Shown piece by piece: positions 38,367 to 48,363 of a DNA stretch of 64,000 nucleotides. The translations under genes were made by a program, and so were the position numbers. Origin of the DNA: Candidatus Edwardsbacteria bacterium (GTDB lineage: Bacteria; Edwardsbacteria; AC1; EtOH8). A model generated the notes under the pieces. The model did not search any database. It was given only the letters and a program-made list of their open reading frames with translations, and was not told where the DNA came from. The stretch lies in the NCBI GenBank assembly GCA_025453955.1, contig JALOPJ010000001.1:12515-76514 (forward strand), read 5' to 3'. How positions within the stretch are numbered: position 1 is the stretch's first letter; each line of letters starts with the position of its first letter.

Positions 38367-39586
38367 GCGGGGGCGGCACTCGCTCGCCGCACTACCTCCT
38401 GGATGATCTTCTCAGTCCGAGAGACGGCGGCGGGCCAACTGTACTCATTCTCCACCAAAGACCGGCCATTGGCGACCAACCGTTGCGCGTGCTCATCATC
38501 GTTCAACAGCGTGACGACCGACCGCGCGAATTCATCGGCATCATCCGCGATCATCAGGTAGCGTCCATTTTCCGCGGTGATACCTTCCGCGCCGATGCTG
38601 GTGGAGACGATGGGGATACCCGCCGCCATGTAATTGAGGATCTTGATCCTCATTCCGCCGCCGACCCACAGCGGGACCACCGCCAGGCGGCAGCGGGCGA
38701 ACATGTCGTCAGGGTTTTCGACAAAACCGGCCACTTCGACGTTCGGGCCGCGGTACCGCTTGAAATGAGTCGGCATGTTGCGGCCGGCCACCACCAGCTT
38801 GGCATCGGGCGCTAGCGCGACGATCTTCGGGAACACACTCCGTAAGAACCACGTTAAACCCTGCCTGTTGGGTAGCCAATCCATCGAGGCCAAGTGGAGG
38901 ATCACCCGCGTCTGGTTCACCCGGCCGCTGCAGCACCGTGAGAGGTCGACGCCCGCCGGCACCACGTGCGTCCTCCCGGCAAGGGTTCTATCCAATGCGA
39001 TGATCCGTTCCCGATCCTCCGTCGTGATGGCTAAAATGGCGTCGAACCTGCCGAGCATCTCACGTTCGTATCTCACCAGTCGCCCGGCCTGCGATCGGTA
39101 GAGGGCGCGCTTGAACGGGTTTCGTTCGTTCGCGGCCAGCCGCCCCATGATAGCACTGTCGACATCATGCTCGCGTAATATGACCGGCAGCTCGGGCCAC
39201 CTGCGTTTTATCGCCGCGGCATAATGCGACATGTGCAGATAGTCAACATGAACGCAATCGACAGCGGTCCGCTCGAGATACGACATGATGTAACCAAGGA
39301 TTTCATCGGACATGTACTTGGTCATGTTATACGGCAAACGCGAGCACAGCGCGTTGGCGAGGAACGACGAGCGCCGGTTGTCCACGTCCCGATAGAAGAC
39401 CATGCAATGCCTAGCTAGTTCCCGCAGCGGCGCTAGATTGACGTTCCGTTCTTGGTCCGGTGCTATCACGACCAGATGGACCTCATGACCGCGGGCGGAG
39501 TATTGGCGGGTAAAATTATAGATGCTGATCTTCCCGCCGTCGATCGGCGGGTACGGCAGGCGGTGGCAGAGCTGGAGAATCTTCAC
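38363..39586 (-). CDS. Glycosyltransferase family 4 (GT1-type)
   Basis: MKILQLCHRLPYPPIDGGKISIYNF, plus a C-terminal GGMRIKILNYMAAGIPIVSTSIGAEG. Confidence 0.8.
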   Translation of the reverse strand: MKILQLCHRLPYPPIDGGKISIYNFTRQYSARGHEVHLVVIAPDQERNVNLAPLRELARHCMVFYRDVDNRRSSFLANALCSRLPYNMTKYMSDEILGYIMSYLERTAVDCVHVDYLHMSHYAAAIKRRWPELPVILREHDVDSAIMGRLAANERNPFKRALYRSQAGRLVRYEREMLGRFDAILAITTEDRERIIALDRTLAGRTHVVPAGVDLSRCCSGRVNQTRVILHLASMDWLPNRQGLTWFLRSVFPKIVALAPDAKLVVAGRNMPTHFKRYRGPNVEVAGFVENPDDMFARCRLAVVPLWVGGGMRIKILNYMAAGIPIVSTSIGAEGITAENGRYLMIADDADEFARSVVTLLNDDEHAQRLVANGRSLVENEYSWPAAVSRTEKIIQEVVRRASAAPA

Positions 39587-40584
39587 ACCGCCCCCCTGCC
39601 AGGACGGACCGGCACCACTCGTCGCGGGCTCGGCACGTGTGCGGCGACGATCCCGGCCCGTCGTACCAAACGGTCGCTGAGGAATACCAACGAGGCGTGG
39701 GCTGCGGGGAAACGGCTCGCCAGCCGTGCATAGGACCGCAGCAAGCTCCCCCGAGGGCCTGCCGCGCGCACGAGGGCATCAACGACCCTGATATCGGCCA
39801 GCGCGGCACCCGTTCGGCGGATGGCAGGCACGAGACTCATCTCGTCGAGAATGCAGGTGGCCTTGGTCGTGAAGAGGCTGTAGGTTTCGGCGGTCAGCGG
39901 AAAGGACGAATGCCAAGCGTCGCTCGATGTCGTATCGGTCGGGCACAGATACTCCCGCAGTTTCCGTTTCAGGCTGGCGGACAACGGCGCGTCACGCCGG
40001 AATGGCTGCTGGTCGTAGCCGCACGCAAAGAATTCTGCGGCGCGCAATCGAGGCCATTCCAGCCGCTGCAGCACCCGGTACGGGAGGATCAACACATTGC
40101 TGCGGACCCAGTGGTTGAATCGCTCGCCCTTGATCTCGTATGTCGCTGGCGCATGCGTGACGAACCGCAGCCAGCCGCGGTGACGGTTGAATCCGTAGGT
40201 CAAGCCTGCGCAAGCCGACTGGCCGATGACGAACTCAAACAGCTCGTCGGTCAAGCAGTGGCGGTACTCCCCGGCATTCAACCGATAGGTCTCGTTGGCG
40301 AACATCACGGCGTCTGGGCGGACGTCCTGCTGCAACGCGTACTGGATGCCCCGCATCCAGCCCGAGAACTCGCGGTAGCTGTTGTCACCGCCGATCACTA
40401 CCTCGTCGGGCGCGAGGCGCGATGCGGGGCGGGATTCGTCCTTGTTGTCGACGATGCAGTACTGGAAACTGCCTCGCCGGCAGCGGTCGAAGTACCGTTT
40501 GAACTCAGCGACGGACGACTGGAACTTGCCCTGGTCGTATTGGACGTAGATCACCAGAACGGAATAGTGCTTTGCCGGGTTCAT
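39583..40584 (-). CDS. Hypothetical protein within the polysaccharide locus
   Basis: Start MNPAKHYSVLVIYVQYDQGKF (cat at 40582-40584), no recognisable motifs and no TM segments. Translationally coupled (4-nt overlap) to the downstream GT4. Confidence 0.45.
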   Translation of the reverse strand: MNPAKHYSVLVIYVQYDQGKFQSSVAEFKRYFDRCRRGSFQYCIVDNKDESRPASRLAPDEVVIGGDNSYREFSGWMRGIQYALQQDVRPDAVMFANETYRLNAGEYRHCLTDELFEFVIGQSACAGLTYGFNRHRGWLRFVTHAPATYEIKGERFNHWVRSNVLILPYRVLQRLEWPRLRAAEFFACGYDQQPFRRDAPLSASLKRKLREYLCPTDTTSSDAWHSSFPLTAETYSLFTTKATCILDEMSLVPAIRRTGAALADIRVVDALVRAAGPRGSLLRSYARLASRFPAAHASLVFLSDRLVRRAGIVAAHVPSPRRVVPVRPGRGAV

Positions 40585-40588
40585 CGGT

Positions 40589-41545
40589 TCACAGTTTGAT
40601 GTTCTTGAACGTCTTGATGTTGTAGAACCGGTCATCGCCGTAGTCGCCATACTGCGGGCGGTGGGCGTAGAGGTCCGCCACGATGTCGGGAATGTCGTAA
40701 ATTGGCTGGAACCCCAACTCGGTCTTGGCCTTCTCGCAGGTGACCTTGTAGTTCCGGAAATCCTCGATGTTCTTCATCTCGATCGCGATATGCCTGTCCG
40801 TCAGCGTCTCGACCTCGTGCTTGACCAGGTCGGCCACCTGTCCCACCGTGTAGTTCCCGGAGGTGACGTTGAACACGCCGTTGACCGCGCCGCCCGCCTG
40901 GATCGCCCTGAAGTATGCGTTGACCGCGTCTCGCAGGTCGTAGATCGGACGCCAGATGGCTGGATTGTTGACGATGATCCTGCCCTCGGTCATCGCGGAC
41001 TTGAACATGGTGTTGACGATGAGGTCGAATCGCATCCGCGGGCTGTGTCCGCAGACAGTGCCCTGGCGCAGCGCGATCACCGAGAACGAGTCGTCGTGGA
41101 GCTGCAGGACCCCGCGCTCCCCCTGCAGTTTCGAGATGCCGTACGGATAGGCGCAGGTGACCGGCGATTCCTCGTCATAGAGCTGGTTTACGGTGTACCC
41201 GTACACCGAACATGACGAGGCGTAGATGTACCTCCAGACGCCGACCCGTTTGGCGATGTACGCCAGGTACGACGGCAGCGCGCCGTTGTAGATGAAGTTG
41301 TTGGCCGGGCTGTACTCGGCCATCGGGTCGTTTGAAAGGCCGGCCAGGAAGACCAGCTGATCGAAGCCCTCCAGATCCCGCTCGGTGCAGTCGAACAGGT
41401 TCTTGCGAGTGACCTTGACCGCGTCCGGCAGCATGTTGCCGAACCAGCAGAGGTCGATCACCTCCACCTTGTAGCCATGGTCTAGCAGGGCGGGGGCCAG
41501 CATGGAGCCGATGTAGCCGGCGCCGCCGGCCAGCAGGATGCGCAT
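40589..41545 (-). CDS. NAD-dependent sugar epimerase/dehydratase (SDR extended family)
   Basis: MRILLAGGAGYIGSMLAPALLDHGYKV and catalytic YGISK. Confidence 0.8.
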   Translation of the reverse strand: MRILLAGGAGYIGSMLAPALLDHGYKVEVIDLCWFGNMLPDAVKVTRKNLFDCTERDLEGFDQLVFLAGLSNDPMAEYSPANNFIYNGALPSYLAYIAKRVGVWRYIYASSCSVYGYTVNQLYDEESPVTCAYPYGISKLQGERGVLQLHDDSFSVIALRQGTVCGHSPRMRFDLIVNTMFKSAMTEGRIIVNNPAIWRPIYDLRDAVNAYFRAIQAGGAVNGVFNVTSGNYTVGQVADLVKHEVETLTDRHIAIEMKNIEDFRNYKVTCEKAKTELGFQPIYDIPDIVADLYAHRPQYGDYGDDRFYNIKTFKNIKL

Positions 41546-41548
41546 CGT

Positions 41549-42274
41549 TCACTCCTTGGTTTCGATGAGGTCGTGGAGGCGGCTGACGTCGAGCGATGTG
41601 TCGACCGGGACCTTGAAGTCGACATCGTTGATCGACAGTGGCTCGATGACCCTGGCCGGGTCGAGCGAGTGCGCATATTCCATAACGGTCTTGCGCTTGC
41701 CACCAACATGTACGGTGCCGGACGCGTCCTTCTCCAGCAGCGCGACGATCATCCGGGCAATCGTCCGTACCGGCTCGCGGCTGGTCCATTGATCGGTGAA
41801 CGCCTTATCGTACGGGAAAACATTGGGGCCGAACGTCGTTCTTATAATCAGCGACTTGTCGTACAGCCGGACGGCGCATTCGCCGCCCAGTTTGGACCAG
41901 GCGTACTTGTTGACCGGGTAAACCGAATCGTCCTCGGTGTAGTTGCCCCGGTCCCCACGGAACACGTAGTCGGTGCAGATATAGGCAAGCTTGAGTCCGT
42001 GCTTCATGCACAGCTTGACCACGCTGGCTGTCCCCGCGATGTTGACGTCCAAGGCTTGGAGCGGGTCCTGGTCTATCTTGGGGGGCGAGACGAAGGCTGC
42101 GGCATGAAGCATCAGCGAGAACGCGCGCCCCTCCAGGTACCGGTCCATCTGGCAGTAGTTGGTTAGGTTGAAATCAGCCTCTGACGGGTAGTCTGCCTCC
42201 GGCAGGAGTTTCCGGATCTCGCCGCCGAGCAAGCCGCTGCCGCCCGTCATGATCATCGTCGACTGGTCGAACAT
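41549..42274 (-). CDS. dTDP-4-dehydrorhamnose reductase-like NAD(P)-dependent oxidoreductase
   Basis: Start MFDQSTMIMTGGSGLLGGEI (cat at 42272-42274), YxxxK (YAWSKLGGE), RmlD-like size after trimming. The track ORF has a 71-aa spurious extension. Confidence 0.65.
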   Translation of the reverse strand: MFDQSTMIMTGGSGLLGGEIRKLLPEADYPSEADFNLTNYCQMDRYLEGRAFSLMLHAAAFVSPPKIDQDPLQALDVNIAGTASVVKLCMKHGLKLAYICTDYVFRGDRGNYTEDDSVYPVNKYAWSKLGGECAVRLYDKSLIIRTTFGPNVFPYDKAFTDQWTSREPVRTIARMIVALLEKDASGTVHVGGKRKTVMEYAHSLDPARVIEPLSINDVDFKVPVDTSLDVSRLHDLIETKE

Positions 42275-42324
42275 GTCGTCGCCACCCTGTGCTGGTTGAT
42301 GCATTGCCGGTGTCGCTGGTCGGG

Positions 42325-43173
42325 TCACCCGGTTCGCCCCATGGTCGCCATCATTCGCCCGATGACCTCCTGCCAATCGACGGCCGGGGCCAGACCAGTC
42401 GTTTCGAGATGGGTTCCCAGCGCCGGCATCGGGACCCACAGCCGGCGCCGGCTTCCGAGCAGGATGTACGGCCAGCAGTACAGCCATGCCTTAATGATGA
42501 TCCTGAACACGCCGCTCCCGGACAGAGCGTGGCGAACGAAGCTGCCCGGACCCAGCTGGTGCTTCGTCATGCCGAGCCATAGGCTGGCGTCGTCGTTTCC
42601 CCGCGCGAAGCTAAGAACACAACGACGTGTTCGCCGCAGTGTGGCTTTCGTTGTCAGGAATGTAAGACAAGTCGAGTTGGCGGTCCTCCAGTGGCGGCCG
42701 CCATGCACGCAGATGTGGCTCGGGTGGTCGTGCAGCGGTGCCGTGTAGAGGTCGATGTGGTCATAGGCCGAGATGAAATCCGCATCGGTCCGTGCGCGCA
42801 GGAACCCGACCATGTCGACGAGCGCGTTCGGAAGGTAGAGGTAATCGTCCTCGGCAACATACACGACTTCGGAGCACTCCTGCGCGAGTAACGACTTGAC
42901 CTGCGTCGCGAACGTCGCCCTGTTCCCGATGGCATCGGTGTTGATCACCGTGAGGTCGGCGGCGGCGAATGAAGCCCGGAACAGCTCTTCGTACGCCGGC
43001 GGGCAGCCGTCGAGGATGACAATCATCTTAGCACGCAGCGAACCGAGCGCCCCCAGCAGCGACCGCAGGCACAGCCGGACCAGCGCGAGCTTGTCGTCCG
43101 CGTGAGCCAGCGGCCGTTTCGAGATGGACGGGCAGACGCGATATGCGATGGCGATATCGTAGTGTCTATCCAT
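42325..43173 (-). CDS. Putative glycosyltransferase (nucleotide-diphospho-sugar transferase-like), uncharacterised
   Basis: 282 aa with IAIAYRVCPS...MIVILDGCPPAYEELF...VYVAEDDYLY (DD motif). The assignment is tentative. Confidence 0.4.
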   Translation of the reverse strand: MDRHYDIAIAYRVCPSISKRPLAHADDKLALVRLCLRSLLGALGSLRAKMIVILDGCPPAYEELFRASFAAADLTVINTDAIGNRATFATQVKSLLAQECSEVVYVAEDDYLYLPNALVDMVGFLRARTDADFISAYDHIDLYTAPLHDHPSHICVHGGRHWRTANSTCLTFLTTKATLRRTRRCVLSFARGNDDASLWLGMTKHQLGPGSFVRHALSGSGVFRIIIKAWLYCWPYILLGSRRRLWVPMPALGTHLETTGLAPAVDWQEVIGRMMATMGRTG

Positions 43174-44449
43174 GCGCGACCGTCCCTGGGGCCTTTCCCG
43201 TCGCGGTGTCGAGCAGACAGCGCTCCAATCGCACCGTCGCCTGCGTCAGTGTCCATCGCCGCTCGACCTCGGCCAGCCCCTGCTTGCCCATTACGTCACG
43301 CAATCGTCCGTCGCTTACCAAGCGCCCGATGCCAGCCGCCATTGACTCCGGGTCCGGTGCCACCAGCAGCCCGTTCTCCTGGTCGACGATCGTCTCCCGC
43401 ACGCCCCCCTCCGCGGCAGCGACCACGGGGATCCGGCAGGCGTTTGCCTCGAGGGTGACATACCCGAACGGCTCCAGCCGCGGGGCGTAGACGGCGAATA
43501 GTGCACCGTTGTAGAGCTCGACCAGCTCCCGGTCAGGGACGTTCACCCTGATGTCGATCGAGATGCCGTGGTCGTGCGCATAGCGGATGACCTCATCCCG
43601 GTAGTCCGGGTCGAAGCCGTTCGCAACACACACCAGCGCGGGCCGGTCCCGCTTCAGGGAACGGAGCGCTCGCAGCAGGAACATGGTGTTCTTCAGCGGA
43701 TTGACGGAACCGACAGTGATGACGTACGCGCCCTTGCCGACGGTTGCGACCGGGCGGAACAGTGAGGTATCAACCCCCAGATAGCAGACCGTCGCATCCA
43801 GCCCGTACGCTCGCAGCGTGCTCTCCCGCGAGAAATATGAATTGACCAGGATGGAATCGAAGGCCGCCGCGTTGTCGTGCTCTTCCCGCGCCTGCACCCG
43901 CAGGTAATGGATCCGTAACTGGTCCTCGGCTCGCTCGCAAAGATGCCGGACGGGATTACTCCCGGCACGGAAGGGTGGCGGCGCCTTCCACGGCAGTACC
44001 GGCACCGCCTCGTACAGCGCCCGGTTCGGTTCCTGCAGGTACAGCACCCTGGGCAATGTTGCATAGCGCCCGATGTAGGGCGCGGACATCACGGCGCAGG
44101 GATGGGCGAGCAGGACATCGAACCCACCATCGTCGATCTCTCGGGCGCACGTCCGACCGTGGCGCCCCAGCGTATCGAACGACCGCCACTTACGGGACAG
44201 TTTCCGGGCCGCACCGGCGATCGCCCCGGCAGAGATGTTCCCCCACTCGATGCGCCGAGGAACCTCCTCCCATGCCAACGGCCGGACGTGTTCCGGGATC
44301 AGCTGCCGCAGCGACAGGTAGTCGACCGCCGCCGTCGTGGGGCACCATGCCGCGACAAGGTGGCCCCGCGCCAAGAGTCCCTTCACCTGTTGGTGCAGCG
44401 CTCGTTTGCCGCCGCCGCTTGGCAGGTTGTGCCAGATCGCTATCCTCAT
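43166..44449 (-). CDS. Glycosyltransferase family 4 (GT1-type)
   Basis: Start MRIAIWHNLPSGGGKRALHQQVKGL (cat at 44447-44449), plus a C-terminal EX7E-like region (EPFGYVTLEANACRIPVVAAAEGGVRE). Confidence 0.75.
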   Translation of the reverse strand: MRIAIWHNLPSGGGKRALHQQVKGLLARGHLVAAWCPTTAAVDYLSLRQLIPEHVRPLAWEEVPRRIEWGNISAGAIAGAARKLSRKWRSFDTLGRHGRTCAREIDDGGFDVLLAHPCAVMSAPYIGRYATLPRVLYLQEPNRALYEAVPVLPWKAPPPFRAGSNPVRHLCERAEDQLRIHYLRVQAREEHDNAAAFDSILVNSYFSRESTLRAYGLDATVCYLGVDTSLFRPVATVGKGAYVITVGSVNPLKNTMFLLRALRSLKRDRPALVCVANGFDPDYRDEVIRYAHDHGISIDIRVNVPDRELVELYNGALFAVYAPRLEPFGYVTLEANACRIPVVAAAEGGVRETIVDQENGLLVAPDPESMAAGIGRLVSDGRLRDVMGKQGLAEVERRWTLTQATVRLERCLLDTATGKAPGTVAHG

Positions 44450-44472
44450 ATTCGCCGTCGCCGCCGCTCCGT

Positions 44473-45732
44473 TCAGAGCCAGCGGTCCTTCACAAGATAG
44501 ATCCCCTGCTGCCTGACGAAGACCACCATCAGGACCAGCACGCACAACTCCGACAACATGAATACGGACGCCGTCCCGATCCCTTTGAAGAACGGCACGA
44601 CGACCAGTGCGGTGGCCACCGAGACGATCCCAGCAGCGACGATCGCGGTCATGAACTTGCGCGCCTGCCCGATGTTGATCAGCACCTGCGTCCCATAGAG
44701 GTTGTCAATGAAGATCGTCAGCGGGGCAAGAGCCATGATCCGGACCATTGCCGCGATCGCCGGGTCGTCACCGCCTGCGACGATCCGGACGAGCAAATCC
44801 GCCCCCACGATGACGGCTGCGCAGATCACACCGAACAACACTGCCCCGTAACGCAGCACCCTGCGCATCACCGCCACCGCTTCGGTGGTCGACTGTTCGA
44901 ACAGCGCGCTGGCTTGCGGAAAGAGCGCCGTACTGATCGGGGTACAGACATTGATGAATATCCGGACGATCTTCTCCGCGATCGCGAACGCCCCGACGGC
45001 CTGGTTGTTCGCGAACATACCGAGAATGATCACGCCCGTATTGTTGACAAGCGTCGAGGATAAGATGGAGACGAACACCACCCACCCCTCCGACAGCAGC
45101 TTCCGGATCTCGGCTACGGACGGCAGGTACCATCGGATCGGATACCAGCGCGCGACCAGGCCGAGGGCCACCAGACCCGAGAACACAACACTCGAAGACT
45201 GGAGCAGAACCGCGGTGTGCAGCCCGTCTGGGCCCTTGACGAACAGCAGCAACGCCACCGTGAAAATGACCTTGCTCGCAAGATTGATCAGGGACAGGAT
45301 CTTGATACGTTCGATGCCCTGGAAGTACCAGACCGGAAAAAGAAAATTCCCGAGAACGGCGATGTAAGCGATCAAATAAGTCGCCCACTCCGGCCGTAGC
45401 CTGGGCAGCGCTAGTACGACCGTGGTGAAGATGGCGAACCCCGCGATCAGCAAGAAGAGTTTGATAATCATGACCGACCAGAAGGTCGACGCCAGCTGTT
45501 GCGGGTCCTGGCGCTGGATGGCGATCCGACGCGTTGCGCTGAGGTTGAATCCGTAATCGACGAAAACGACGAAGTACTGCACCAATGCCATGGCGTACGA
45601 CATCAGGCCGAAATTCCCGACGCCCAACATCCTGACGAGGTACGGGAACGACACCAACGGGATGACGTAGTTGGCGAACTGCACCACCATCAGCGACGAC
45701 AGGTTCTCAAAGAACCGCTTCTTCCTCGACAT
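44473..45732 (-). CDS. wzx: Wzx-type polysaccharide flippase (MOP superfamily)
   Basis: Start MSRKKRFFENLSSLMVVQFANYVIPLVSFPYLVRMLGVGNFGL (cat at 45730-45732), 419 aa, 12 predicted TM helices. The track ORF has a 62-aa spurious extension. Confidence 0.8.
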   Translation of the reverse strand: MSRKKRFFENLSSLMVVQFANYVIPLVSFPYLVRMLGVGNFGLMSYAMALVQYFVVFVDYGFNLSATRRIAIQRQDPQQLASTFWSVMIIKLFLLIAGFAIFTTVVLALPRLRPEWATYLIAYIAVLGNFLFPVWYFQGIERIKILSLINLASKVIFTVALLLFVKGPDGLHTAVLLQSSSVVFSGLVALGLVARWYPIRWYLPSVAEIRKLLSEGWVVFVSILSSTLVNNTGVIILGMFANNQAVGAFAIAEKIVRIFINVCTPISTALFPQASALFEQSTTEAVAVMRRVLRYGAVLFGVICAAVIVGADLLVRIVAGGDDPAIAAMVRIMALAPLTIFIDNLYGTQVLINIGQARKFMTAIVAAGIVSVATALVVVPFFKGIGTASVFMLSELCVLVLMVVFVRQQGIYLVKDRWL

Positions 45733-45748
45733 GGTCCCCGGATGCGCT

Positions 45749-47137
45749 TCAGGAGGTGGCGGGCGACACAACGATGCCCATCTGATCCGCATTGCGGGCG
45801 AAACGGATGGCGATCGCGTACAACGTCCAGAACAGCATCCCATAGTGGTAGAGCGGGAGCGTCGCTTCCATTTGGCTGTTCGCCAGCGCGACCAAGTACG
45901 GCAGCATGAGCAACGCATACAGCGCCCTGCCCTGCTGCGGGTCGTCCCGCAGCAGCCGGGCGTTTCTCACCACTGGAATGGCGAGTAACACCAGCAAAAT
46001 GATGATCGCGATTCCGCCGATATCGACACCGTACCGCAGGAAGAGATTGTGAGGGTCCGTCTGCGGCAGGAAGAAGTCGTTGTAGCGGTACTGGTCTGGC
46101 CCCACCCCGATCAGCGGGTGGCGACGGATCGCCAGCAATGCATCCCTGATCATATACATGCGGGATAGCATTGAAAGGTCAAACTTGAGATCCTTGAAAC
46201 GCTCGATCAGCGCCAACAGCGATTTCTGCAGGACAACGCCCAGGACGAAGACACCGATCGCGGCGGTGGTCGCCCACTTCGCGATGTTGATCCTACGTTC
46301 CAGCAACGCCCGGAAGGCGACGAACATGCCAGCTCCGGCCACGAGGCTGATGATCGCGCCCCGAGAGACGATGACCAGTGCGATGCCGACCAGCATCGTG
46401 GCGATCGTATAGTAGAGGAGCCTGACCACTGCACGTTGTCGCTTGATAAGTGGGTTGGGCAGGATCATGGCTGCGATCAGCACCGCGATGGCGGCGAGGG
46501 TGTTTGAGCGGGTCCAGCCGAGATCGAAACCGTAGCGATATGTGACCCAGTGATGCTCGGAGACGATGGTGTTGACGAGGTTGAGCGCTATCACCTGGAC
46601 GATCATCCATGCACCGGCGAACGGTACGTACACCGTGAAGAACCGGCGGCATCCGGCGGCACTGACAAAGTCGTCCTGGAACAGCACGTACAGTGACAAC
46701 GGCAACGCGAACGCGTACTGCATGCCGTGGATACCCTTGCCGACATCGTTCCATCGCGGTATCGTCAACACCGTCACCAACGCCATCGCGGCCCACGACA
46801 GCACGACTGCATCGATCCGCAGCAGCGGCCGCCGCATGAGGAACCGACGGAGCAGCGCCAGCAACAACAGGAAGTAGATGATCGGGTTCCCGAACTTGTG
46901 CGGCAGGTCGGAAAAATTGGTCAGGATGCCGACGAAGAGCACAGCATCGGGTGCCGCCAGGCACAGGAAGCCGATCAGCGGCGCGGCCAGCAGGCCGAGC
47001 AGCACGAAACCTGCGGTGAACTGGTTGATAGCGAATAGGACGACCGCGCCGCACCCCAGCAGCGCTGCCCCGCCATACAGCGCGCGGCGTACGTCCACAA
47101 CCGGTAATCCAGCGCTGGTTACTATGTTCGCGGCCAT
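45749..47137 (-). CDS. wzy: O-antigen polymerase (Wzy)/O-antigen ligase-like membrane protein
   Basis: 462 aa, polytopic, with a large periplasmic loop. Positioned between wzx and wzz as in Wzy-dependent loci. Confidence 0.55.
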   Translation of the reverse strand: MAANIVTSAGLPVVDVRRALYGGAALLGCGAVVLFAINQFTAGFVLLGLLAAPLIGFLCLAAPDAVLFVGILTNFSDLPHKFGNPIIYFLLLLALLRRFLMRRPLLRIDAVVLSWAAMALVTVLTIPRWNDVGKGIHGMQYAFALPLSLYVLFQDDFVSAAGCRRFFTVYVPFAGAWMIVQVIALNLVNTIVSEHHWVTYRYGFDLGWTRSNTLAAIAVLIAAMILPNPLIKRQRAVVRLLYYTIATMLVGIALVIVSRGAIISLVAGAGMFVAFRALLERRINIAKWATTAAIGVFVLGVVLQKSLLALIERFKDLKFDLSMLSRMYMIRDALLAIRRHPLIGVGPDQYRYNDFFLPQTDPHNLFLRYGVDIGGIAIIILLVLLAIPVVRNARLLRDDPQQGRALYALLMLPYLVALANSQMEATLPLYHYGMLFWTLYAIAIRFARNADQMGIVVSPATS

Positions 47138-47158
47138 CGGTGGATCATCTTGTCCCTT

Positions 47159-48355
47159 TTAGCGGGTGCCGCGCAGCTCCTCGACGAATCGTCGGACCAG
47201 CGTCCGGTGACGCTCGTCGTCCGAAAACCGCTGCCACCAGAACGAGTACGCCGCGACGATGATGCCGACAAAAATACCGACGAAAGCGGACAACGCAACG
47301 ATCGGCAGGCGTTTGGGCCAACTCTTGCGATACGGCGGGGCCGCCCGCTCCAGGAACTGGACTTTTGGCGTGTCCTTGGCCTCCAAGATCTTCGCCTGCT
47401 CCAACTGCTGCATCAGTAACGCATACAGCTCCTGATGGATCCTTACGTCCCGAGTCAGCTGCCCCAGCATAATCCCAATCTCCGGTGCCTTGGCAAAGGA
47501 AACGAACAACGTCTTCCCCCGCCCCCCGGCGACTAGCGTGTTCAGCTCCTGCTGCGACTTCGCAATCTGGTTCTCGAGGACCTTCACCTGGGTGTTGTCA
47601 TCGGTCGCATACGATTTGAGGGCGTCCAGTTCGATCTTCTGGCCGATGATCTTGGCTTCCAGCGTCGCGGTCATCTCGACCAGGGCCTTCATCTCATCTG
47701 GCAGTGAAATCGTCTTGTACCGCTGCTGGAACTGCTTGAGCGAATCCTCGGTCTGCTGCAGCAGCGACTCCTCCTGGAGCAGGCGTTTCTCGATGAACTC
47801 CCGCATCTTGCCGCCTTGGGTCATGGTCATCTTCGCATAGACACGGTCCAAGGCCTCGCCGTAAGCGTTAGCAATATCGGCGGCCTTGGTTTTACTCTTA
47901 TCCTCGACCGTGATGGTAATGAACCGCTCGTCGGTGACATTGATGACGGTGGCCCGTTTCAACCGTTTGGCGACGTTGTCCATCGCCTTATCCTGCCGCT
48001 TTGCGAACGCCCTGTCCTGCTTGTAATGATTGACCAGGCCGCACTCACCGATGACGATGCTGGCGACCGTTCCGCTCCTCAGCATGTAGGCGAACACGTC
48101 GGATGGTGTGATCATCCCTGGCATGAAACCGGTACCGCCGATCTCGGGATCGGACATCAGGCTGGTTCGGCTCATCAATGACATGAGGCTGGCACCCTGC
48201 GAGACCGGCGGCATCAGCGTAGCAGTGGCCTTATACTTCTTTGGGATGGCCAAGCTCATCGCCAATCCGAACGCCGTAAAACCGATGGTCGTCCACATGA
48301 TCAGCCTGCGGTTCCTTGCAAACGCAAGCAGCATCTCGTACATGCTGTTGAACAT
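47159..48355 (-). CDS. wzz: Polysaccharide co-polymerase / chain-length determinant (Wzz/GumC family)
   Basis: N-terminal TM (LIMWTTIGFTAFGLAMSLAI), a long coiled-coil periplasmic domain, and a C-terminal TM (LPIVALSAFVGIFVGIIVAAY). Confidence 0.75.
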   Translation of the reverse strand: MFNSMYEMLLAFARNRRLIMWTTIGFTAFGLAMSLAIPKKYKATATLMPPVSQGASLMSLMSRTSLMSDPEIGGTGFMPGMITPSDVFAYMLRSGTVASIVIGECGLVNHYKQDRAFAKRQDKAMDNVAKRLKRATVINVTDERFITITVEDKSKTKAADIANAYGEALDRVYAKMTMTQGGKMREFIEKRLLQEESLLQQTEDSLKQFQQRYKTISLPDEMKALVEMTATLEAKIIGQKIELDALKSYATDDNTQVKVLENQIAKSQQELNTLVAGGRGKTLFVSFAKAPEIGIMLGQLTRDVRIHQELYALLMQQLEQAKILEAKDTPKVQFLERAAPPYRKSWPKRLPIVALSAFVGIFVGIIVAAYSFWWQRFSDDERHRTLVRRFVEELRGTR

Positions 48356-48363
48356 GACCCCTC

